Positions 25,810 through 32,000 of a DNA stretch of 32,000 nucleotides are shown here, one piece after another (positions within the stretch are counted from its first letter, which is position 1; each line of letters opens with the position of its first letter). The stretch is from NCBI RefSeq assembly GCF_000186885.1, contig NC_014972.1, positions 240,001 to 272,000 on the forward strand, written 5' to 3'. The stretch comes from Desulfobulbus propionicus DSM 2032 (GTDB lineage Bacteria > Desulfobacterota > Desulfobulbia > Desulfobulbales > Desulfobulbaceae). Both the position numbers and the translations under genes were made by a program. Under the pieces are notes generated by a model that searched no databases, was not told the DNA's origin, and was given only the letters and a program-made list of their open reading frames with translations.

Positions 25810-26025
25810 TTATGCGACGTTACCGCTTCGGGCTTGCTGGATGCGGCCTGATATCCAGTTGTCGATCTCATCGGAAATCCAGGCCACGGCCCGGCCGGCC
25901 AGAGGTACGGCTTGCGGGAACTCCCCTTGCTTCATCAGGGCGTAGATGTGGGCGCGTTTCAGGCCGGTGCGCTTCTCAACATCCGGCCTTCTGAGTAGGG
26001 TTTTCGGCGGTGCTTGGCTTGACAT
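25810..26025 (-). CDS. alpA: AlpA-family phage regulatory/excision-type DNA-binding protein
   Basis: LLRRPDVEKRTGLKRAHIYALMKQGEFPQAVPLAGRAVAWISDEIDNWISGRI. Confidence 0.88.
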   Translation of the reverse strand: MSSQAPPKTLLRRPDVEKRTGLKRAHIYALMKQGEFPQAVPLAGRAVAWISDEIDNWISGRIQQARSGNVA

Positions 26026-26187
26026 GCTCTATTCTCCTTGGGTTTATAGGAAGCAATTTGCTTCTCAATGTTCTGGCGGGAGAGTAGAGCGTTTTTCTGA
26101 TGGGAAATAGAACCCGTTGCAGGGGGGAAGGTGGTTTAAATCAAGAGTGTAAAAGTGGTTTTTTGTTTGAAATCGAACGGTTGAATC

Positions 26188-26994
26188 TCAGGGGTGTTTT
26201 TTTTCAGAGGTGTGCTTTTTGTCATGCCATGGCGGGCATGATCCTTGACCAGGGAATTTACACGGGGAAACGATAGCGGCTATATTCTGGCGGGCGGTAG
26301 GGGTTATGGATTTGTCAAAATGATCTTGTAACCATTTCTCAATCATTTTCTTGTGGCCGCCATGCGGCTTAAAAGCATTATCACCTTTATGGCCTTCATG
26401 GTCGGCATAAAGGGCGAACCAGGCATTGATAGCATGGGCAAGGTTTTCTGAATACCAAGGGTGCTCCTTGTCGATGACTTCAGCAATCATACTTGAATGG
26501 TCTTTGGCGCTGGTCATTGTTGACTTGAATCTTTCAAACTCTGTCCTGAGGATAACTTTTTTCGCTGTTTTGCTGTTGCACCCGAGTGTATATACTTGAG
26601 TGGCAAGTATATATTTATCATATCCTTCATGATATATCATAAACGGATATTTCTTTTCATGTACCAGTTCCAATGCCTCCCATCTTGATTTCACTGCAAC
26701 ATGAAAACTTTTATGTAATCCTTCTTCAGGATTGTCGGCGTCAATTTGGTAAACAATTGGACCTTCACCCCGTCGAGTTGGCGCTATAAAATCCCATAAC
26801 CCAAAAAGACGAGTATGGCATGGTGGGTACGCACTGCTGGTATTCCCATCGTGGATGTAACCTGGCTCATCTTCAAGCCATAGAACAAAATTTAGCTTTC
26901 TCGCCTCTATGAAATGGTTGATGTCTTCGACCTTGCATTCAAACATTTCCGCAACTTCATCCAGTGAATACCAGTCCTTGAACTGAGTAATCAT
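26188..26994 (-). CDS. Hypothetical protein, 268 aa, possibly DNA-binding at the N-terminus
   Basis: Complete ORF starting MITQFKDWYSLDEVAEMFECKVEDINHFIEARKL. Confidence 0.65.
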   Translation of the reverse strand: MITQFKDWYSLDEVAEMFECKVEDINHFIEARKLNFVLWLEDEPGYIHDGNTSSAYPPCHTRLFGLWDFIAPTRRGEGPIVYQIDADNPEEGLHKSFHVAVKSRWEALELVHEKKYPFMIYHEGYDKYILATQVYTLGCNSKTAKKVILRTEFERFKSTMTSAKDHSSMIAEVIDKEHPWYSENLAHAINAWFALYADHEGHKGDNAFKPHGGHKKMIEKWLQDHFDKSITPTARQNIAAIVSPCKFPGQGSCPPWHDKKHTSEKKHP

Positions 26995-27033
26995 CGCACA
27001 ACCTCCCTCAGGTCGTCACCCTGCAATGAAAAC

Positions 27034-27086
27034 TGACAGGCAGGCCGCCAGGGTTGCGGCTTTTCGGGGGCCATCCTAGCCTGTCA
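27034..27086 (-). terminator. Complex hairpin downstream of the P4-type integrase, possible terminator
   Basis: Outer arms TGACAGGC/GCCTGTCA, an inner GCCGC/GCGGC pairing, and a minus-strand GTTTTC tail. Confidence 0.35.
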
Positions 27087-27230
27087 AATCGTTGTAACCT
27101 TAAATCGACACCGTGCGCAGAGCAAGGCCGGACCGGCGCACGATCCGGCGCGTGTGCGCCTCATGGCAGGGTGGCCCCCCTAGCGGAACACGCCTCTAAA
27201 ATAAACGGGAACTTCTGGGCAGCTTGGCCG

Positions 27231-28460
27231 CTATCCGGCCGCTGCAAAAATGGGGATGATGTCCGCCCCCTTCTCCAAGGCATCAAGATAATCAGCCCAG
27301 GCCTGCATCATCTTGCGCCGTTCCGGTATGTGCTGGGCGTAGTTGTAGGCGGCCTTGACGCTGTTTCGCTCCTTGTGGGCCAGCTGCCGTTCGATCACGT
27401 CCGACGGCCAACCCTGTTCATGCAGCAGGGTTGAGGCCATGGCCCGGAAGCCGTGCCCGGTCATTTCATCCTTGGCATACCCCATGCGGCGCAGGGCGGC
27501 ATTGACGGTGTTTTCACTCATGGGGCGTTCGCCCGTTCGCAACGAGGGGAACACATAGCGGCCTTCGCCGGTCAACGGCTGTAACTCCCTGAGCACGGCC
27601 AGGGCCTGCCTGGACAGCGGCACAAAATGGAAGTTTTGCGGTATCGCCTTCAGCGCCTTTTTCAGCTTCCGCTTTTCCGGCGGTATCTTCCACTCGGCGC
27701 GGTCAAGGTCTATATCGGCCCATTCCGCATGCCTCAGCTCCCCAGGACGAACAAAGGTAAGCGGGGCCAGGCGCAGGGCGCACCGGGTGATGATTTCGCC
27801 CTTATAGCCCCTGATGGCCCGCAGCAGGGCGGAAACCCCTTTGGGGTCGGTGATGGTGGCCATGGATTTTGACGGTGGCGGCGGCAGGGCGCCGCGCAGA
27901 TCCGCGCTTGGGTCACGCTCGGCGCGGCCGGTGGCCACGGCATAGCGGAACACCTGCCCGCACATCTGCTTGATGCGGTGGGCCGTCTCTATGGCGCCAC
28001 GATCCTCTATCCGGCGGAGCACGGCCAGCAACATGGGCGCGGTCACATCGGCAATGGGCGTCCGGCCAAGCCACGGAAAGACGTTGGCCTCAAGGCGGGT
28101 GATAATGTCCCTGGCGTGATTGTCCGTCCAGGTGTGCTTGTTCTTGAGGAACCACTCACGGGCCACCGCTTCAACGCTGTTGAGGTTGGTGGCGGCTTCC
28201 TTGTCCATCTTCCTCTGTTCGCCGGGGTCGATGCCGTCGGCAATCAGCTTGCGGGCCTCGGCCAACCGCTCACGGGCGCCGGCCAGGGACACATCAGGGT
28301 ACACCCCCAGGGCCAGGGTTTTCTGCTTGTCCTGGAAACGATAATTGAAGCGAAAATATTTGCCGGTGGACTTCACCAAAAGGTAGAGCCCTTTTCCGTC
28401 GGTCAGCTTATAGGGCTGTTCCTTTGGCTTGGCGTTTTTGATGGCGGTATCAACGAGCAT
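27231..28460 (-). CDS. P4-type tyrosine integrase, intact, adjacent to tRNA-Ser
   Basis: MLVDTAIKNAKPKEQPYKLTDGKGLYLLVKSTGKYFRFNYRFQDKQKTLALGVYPDVSLAGARERLAEARKLI. Catalytic GHGFRAMASTLLHE, IERQLAHKERNSVKAAYNYAQHIPERRKMMQAWADYLD. Confidence 0.96.
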   Translation of the reverse strand: MLVDTAIKNAKPKEQPYKLTDGKGLYLLVKSTGKYFRFNYRFQDKQKTLALGVYPDVSLAGARERLAEARKLIADGIDPGEQRKMDKEAATNLNSVEAVAREWFLKNKHTWTDNHARDIITRLEANVFPWLGRTPIADVTAPMLLAVLRRIEDRGAIETAHRIKQMCGQVFRYAVATGRAERDPSADLRGALPPPPSKSMATITDPKGVSALLRAIRGYKGEIITRCALRLAPLTFVRPGELRHAEWADIDLDRAEWKIPPEKRKLKKALKAIPQNFHFVPLSRQALAVLRELQPLTGEGRYVFPSLRTGERPMSENTVNAALRRMGYAKDEMTGHGFRAMASTLLHEQGWPSDVIERQLAHKERNSVKAAYNYAQHIPERRKMMQAWADYLDALEKGADIIPIFAAAG

Positions 28461-28559
28461 TTGATGGTACCTGGATTCAAGATTGTCGAGATACCATCAA
28501 AAATACCATCGCCAAGGACCGGCTGTCAATGAACTCTGTGGAACTCAGCGGAAAATAAA

Positions 28560-28591
28560 AAAAGCCAAATGCTTGGTAGCAAATGGCTTTT
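28560..28591. terminator. Hairpin AAAAGCCA/TGGCTTTT, likely terminator downstream of tRNA-Ser
   Basis: 8-bp perfect arms with T/A runs on both sides. Confidence 0.55.
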
Positions 28592-28623
28592 GTGACCTCT
28601 ATGGAACTTTGTGGAACGATTTT

Positions 28624-28713
28624 TGGCGGAGAAGCAGGGATTCGAACCCTGGGTGGAGTTACCCCCACAACGGTTTTCGAGACCGTCCCGTTCAACCACT
28701 CCGGCACTTCTCC
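28624..28713 (-). tRNA. tRNA-Ser (anticodon CGA), CCA encoded
   Basis: Minus strand GGAGAAGTGCCGGAGTGGTTGAACGGGACGGTCTCGAAAACCGTTGTGGGGGTAACTCCACCCAGGGTTCGAATCCCTGCTTCTCCGCCA. Acceptor, anticodon (ACGGT CTCGAAA ACCGT), variable and T arms all fold. Confidence 0.97.
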
Positions 28714-28831
28714 GCGTCGGGGCTATTGATACCGTTTTCTGGCGGGAACGTCAACTGTTCCATCGCGCTGTTGACTTTGTCATTCCCCCTGGTTAAGTAA
28801 GAGCATCGTCATTTCCACCCAAGGAGCGGCC

Positions 28832-29350
28832 ATGTTTTTCTCTGGACTGCAATCGAAAATCCCCGCCTTCCTGACACTTTTGTGTACCCTGTTGCTGCTG
28901 AACGGTTGTGCCGCGATGTATGGCTTCAAGGAAGATCCCAAGGTGTCCATTGCCGATATTCGCATCCAGGAAGTCAAGGCGCTGGAAGGCGTTTTCCTCA
29001 TCAAACTGCGGATCTTGAACCCCAACGATGTCGCCCTCGACCTCCACGGCATCGACTGCGATCTGGAAATCAATAAACGCCATTTTGCCAGCGGCATCGG
29101 CGACAGCAATCAGAGCGTGCCGGCCTTCGGCACGGCGGTGGTGCCGGTGGAAGTCTACGCTTCGGTACTGGATATGATTGCCTCGGTGGCCGACCTGCTG
29201 CACACCGCCGGCAAGATTCCCTCCAAGGATGAACCCGTGCCCTATACCCTCCAGGGAAAGGTCCGGGTGGGCATTCATGGCTTCAAGAAGGAAGTGCCGT
29301 TCAAATCCACGGGAGAGCTCTCCCTCAAGGGGCTGAGCCAGTACCGGTGA
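28832..29350 (+). CDS. LEA14-like (LEA type 2) lipoprotein
   Basis: Lipobox LLLLNGC near the N-terminus. DPKVSIADIRIQEVKALEGVFLIKLRILNPNDVALDLHGIDCDLEINKRHFASG. Confidence 0.82.
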   Translation: MFFSGLQSKIPAFLTLLCTLLLLNGCAAMYGFKEDPKVSIADIRIQEVKALEGVFLIKLRILNPNDVALDLHGIDCDLEINKRHFASGIGDSNQSVPAFGTAVVPVEVYASVLDMIASVADLLHTAGKIPSKDEPVPYTLQGKVRVGIHGFKKEVPFKSTGELSLKGLSQYR

Positions 29351-29535
29351 GGCCGATGGGCTCGCCTTCTCCCCGGGAAGCCGATGCTCGACGTCTCTTG
29401 TTCCCCCTTGCCTGCCGCTGAACGCTTTTCTCTCCCCAAGCGCCTGCCTCCCTTGGAGTCCAGCACAATTGTATTGACAGGATCAGCCCGTGCTTTAGAG
29501 TACAGGCCTTTTTGACGGGGGCATCAGGGAGGCAG

Positions 29536-30123
29536 ATGATAATGCTCAGCCAACAACAGGGACAAGTCCTTGTCCGCCTGGCGCGGCAGGAGATCGAACG
29601 CCATTTGGGCATGACGCCGTCACGGCCGGTCACCACCGAGGAGTTGCGCGATCCGGCCTTGCAGGAACGGCGCGGAGTGTTCGTCACCCTGCACAAGCGG
29701 GGCGATCTGCGCGGTTGCATTGGCAGCTTGGCCGCCGCGGAATCCATCGTCGACGGTACCCGGCGCAATGCCCTCAATGCCGCGTTCCACGATTATCGCT
29801 TCGAGCCGCTGACCACGGCCGAATTGCCGGCGCTCCATGTGGAGGTTTCGGTGCTCACCGAGCCCCAGCCGCTCGCCTATGAAAATGCCGACGATCTGCT
29901 GCGGCTGCTGCGGCCGGGCGTGGACGGGGTCATTCTCCAGGGACCGGGCGGGGCGAGCGCCACCTTCCTGCCCCAGGTGTGGCAGCAGTTGCCCGCCCCG
30001 GACCAGTTTCTTGGCCACCTGTGCCGCAAGGCCGGTTTGGCGCAAGGCGCTTGGCGTTCCGGAACGCTTGGCGTTTTTACCTATCAGGTCCAATCCTTCG
30101 AGGAACCCCGCGCAGACGGGTGA
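29536..30123 (+). CDS. amrA: AmmeMemoRadiSam system protein A (AMMECR1 domain)
   Basis: GVFVTLHKRGDLRGCIGSLAAAESIVDGTRRNALNAAFHDYRFEPLTTAELPALHVEVSVLTEPQPL. An earlier start at 29512 is possible. Confidence 0.9.
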   Translation: MIMLSQQQGQVLVRLARQEIERHLGMTPSRPVTTEELRDPALQERRGVFVTLHKRGDLRGCIGSLAAAESIVDGTRRNALNAAFHDYRFEPLTTAELPALHVEVSVLTEPQPLAYENADDLLRLLRPGVDGVILQGPGGASATFLPQVWQQLPAPDQFLGHLCRKAGLAQGAWRSGTLGVFTYQVQSFEEPRADG

Positions 30124-30128
30124 ACCCC

Positions 30129-30752
30129 ATGAAAGAACTGTTTCTTCCCCCGGAACTCTCCTGCGAGATCAGCGAGATCTACGCCTCCATGGCCACCGCC
30201 TACGACGAGGTGGCCCGCGCCATCACCCTGACCTGCGAGGGCTGTCCGGACAACTGTTGCGACTCCTATTTCCTCCACTACACCTATTGCGAATGGGCCT
30301 ACCTGTGGGAGGGCATTCGCGCCCTGGATGACGCCCGTCTGGATCGGATCATGCAGCGGGCGCGGGACTATGTGGAGCAGAGTCGCGTGCTGATCGCCCG
30401 GGGCCAGCGGCCGCAGATCATGTGCCCGCTCAACGAGGACGGCCTGTGCGGCCTGTACACGCATCGCCTGATGATCTGCCGCACCCACGGGGTGCCGGCC
30501 ACCTTGACCCGGCCGGATGGCCAGCATCTCCGCTTCCCCGGCTGTTTTCGTTGCCAGGAGATCGTCAAGGCCACCTATGCGGCGGAAACCGATGCTCCGG
30601 CCATGGACCGGACCATCCTCTACAAGCGGCTGGCGCAGCTGGAATCGCGTTTTTTGGGCGACAAACGCGGCCTCTTCCCCAAAATCAAGCTGACCATCGC
30701 CGAGATGATTGTCGGCGGCCCGCCCAGGGACATTAAAACCAACCGGAACTGA
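30129..30752 (+). CDS. YkgJ-like cysteine-cluster protein
   Basis: Cysteines in CEGCPDNCCDSYF, CPLNEDGLCGLYTHRLMICRTHGVP and FPGCFRCQ. Confidence 0.75.
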   Translation: MKELFLPPELSCEISEIYASMATAYDEVARAITLTCEGCPDNCCDSYFLHYTYCEWAYLWEGIRALDDARLDRIMQRARDYVEQSRVLIARGQRPQIMCPLNEDGLCGLYTHRLMICRTHGVPATLTRPDGQHLRFPGCFRCQEIVKATYAAETDAPAMDRTILYKRLAQLESRFLGDKRGLFPKIKLTIAEMIVGGPPRDIKTNRN

Positions 30753-30776
30753 TCGCCGTCAAGGCACCCAGACATT

Positions 30777-31745
30777 ATGGACTCCATCGTACACCAGGCC
30801 ACAGAAACGATTCTCACCGGCGGCCAGATCGACCGGTCCACCGCGTCGCGATTGCTCGGCAGCGACAAAGAGGAGCTCTATCGCAGCGCCGATGCCATCC
30901 GCCGTCATTTCTGCGGCAACCACTTCGACCTCTGTTCGATCATCAATGCCAAGAGCGGCAACTGCACCGAGAACTGCCGATTCTGCGCTCAGTCGGCGCG
31001 CCACCGCACCGGTATCGACACCTATACCGTGATTCCCGAGGAGGAAGCCCTGGCCCAGGCCCGGGACAACGACGAGCACGGCGTGCATCGCATTTCGCTG
31101 GTCACCAGCGGCCGCAGCCTGTCGCCGGAGACGGTGGCAGAGCTGACTCACCTCTATCAGAAGATGGCCCAGACCACTTCGATGCTGTTCTGCGCCTCGG
31201 CCGGTTTTCTTGACGAGCGGATCGCCCGCGATCTGTATGCGGCCGGGGTGCGGCGCTACCACTGCAACCTGGAGGCGAGCCGCACCTATTTTCCCCAGGT
31301 GTGTACCACCCATACCTGGGAGGAAAAGGTCGAAACCCTGCGCCTGGCCCGCCAGACCGGCATGTCGCTCTGTTCGGGCGGCATCATCGGCATGGGCGAG
31401 ACCATGGAGGATCGACTCGACATGGCCTTTGAGCTGCGCGAGCTTGCGGTCAAATCGATCCCGGTCAACATCCTCACCGCCATTGAGGGCACGCCGTTGG
31501 CCGATCTGCAACCGTTGTCGGTGGACGAGGTCCTGACCACGGTGGCCCTGTTCCGCTTCATCAATCCCGACGCGGTGATCCGCATGGCCGGCGGCCGGCA
31601 GCAGCTGGGCGAGGAACAGTACCGCTGCTTCACCGCCGGCGCCAACGGCGCCATTGTCGGCAACTACCTGACCACCACCGGTTCGGGGATCGCCGGTGAT
31701 CTGCACCATCTCACGGAGCTTGGCTTCACCTTTGCGCGCGGATAA
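30777..31745 (+). CDS. bioB: Biotin synthase (radical SAM)
   Basis: [20 protein letters not shown] (CxxxCxxC), [31 protein letters not shown]. Confidence 0.97.
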   Translation: MDSIVHQATETILTGGQIDRSTASRLLGSDKEELYRSADAIRRHFCGNHFDLCSIINAKSGNCTENCRFCAQSARHRTGIDTYTVIPEEEALAQARDNDEHGVHRISLVTSGRSLSPETVAELTHLYQKMAQTTSMLFCASAGFLDERIARDLYAAGVRRYHCNLEASRTYFPQVCTTHTWEEKVETLRLARQTGMSLCSGGIIGMGETMEDRLDMAFELRELAVKSIPVNILTAIEGTPLADLQPLSVDEVLTTVALFRFINPDAVIRMAGGRQQLGEEQYRCFTAGANGAIVGNYLTTTGSGIAGDLHHLTELGFTFARG

Positions 31746-31749
31746 GACC

Positions 31750-32000
31750 ATGGCCAGCGACAGTCTGCTGCGATTCGATCGCGACCACCTCTGGCACCCC
31801 TACACCTCGACCACCCGGCCGCTGCCGGTCTATCCGGTGGCTTCGGCTTCGGGCGTGCGCATCCGGCTGATGGACGGCCGGGAGTTGATCGACGGCATGT
31901 CCTCCTGGTGGTGCGCCATCCACGGTTACAACCACCCGGTGCTCAATCGGGCGATCCGCGAGCAGAGCGAGCGCATGGCCCACGTCATGTTCGGCGGCCT
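31750..32000 (+). CDS. bioA: Adenosylmethionine-8-amino-7-oxononanoate aminotransferase, N-terminal part, truncated by the window edge
   Basis: [30 protein letters not shown]...[30 protein letters not shown]. Confidence 0.95.
   Translation, partial: MASDSLLRFDRDHLWHPYTSTTRPLPVYPVASASGVRIRLMDGRELIDGMSSWWCAIHGYNHPVLNRAIREQSERMAHVMFGG

Noticed and set aside
28560-28591. Hairpin between integrase and tRNA considered as a regulatory RNA
   Set aside because: It is simpler to explain as the tRNA-Ser terminator: short perfect stem with flanking A/T runs.

Overview
The window starts and ends in chromosomal genes, with about 26 kb of accessory DNA between them. Left flank (1-2791): the end of an ABC transporter ATPase and an FtsX-like permease. 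Right flank (28.6-32 kb): tRNA-Ser(CGA), a LEA14-like lipoprotein, an AMMECR1/AmmeMemoRadiSam-A protein, a Cys-cluster protein, bioB and the start of bioA. The accessory DNA looks like two adjacent islands. Island 1 (about 2.8-15.6 kb) has a higBA-type toxin-antitoxin locus whose toxin is frameshifted, and a type I restriction-modification operon (hsdM, a RhuM-like gene, hsdS, a four-helix-bundle gene, hsdR). Its hsdS is broken by a perfect 17-bp tandem duplication. It ends with two small ORFs and a dead P4-type integrase. Island 2 (about 15.7-28.6 kb) resembles a satellite or P4-like element beside tRNA-Ser. Nearly all its genes are on the minus strand: intact P4-type integrase, AlpA-like regulator, split primase/helicase, coiled-coil protein, two paralogous Mor-like proteins, a GemA-like protein, and a tyrosine recombinase with an apparently duplicated N-terminal domain. 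An IS630-type transposase gene lies in the opposite orientation. The most interesting non-coding signals are: (1) two three-way-junction-shaped elements at 25456-25518 and 25691-25765, sharing a GNRA-capped core with stems that covary; (2) a TACACCA iteron-like array at 20034-20298 with an 18-bp palindrome, next to an AT-rich tract; (3) integrase-specific repeat sets near both P4-type integrases, with the set for the intact integrase present at both ends of a roughly 12.8-kb segment. All family names come from recognising protein motifs by eye; no database search was run.
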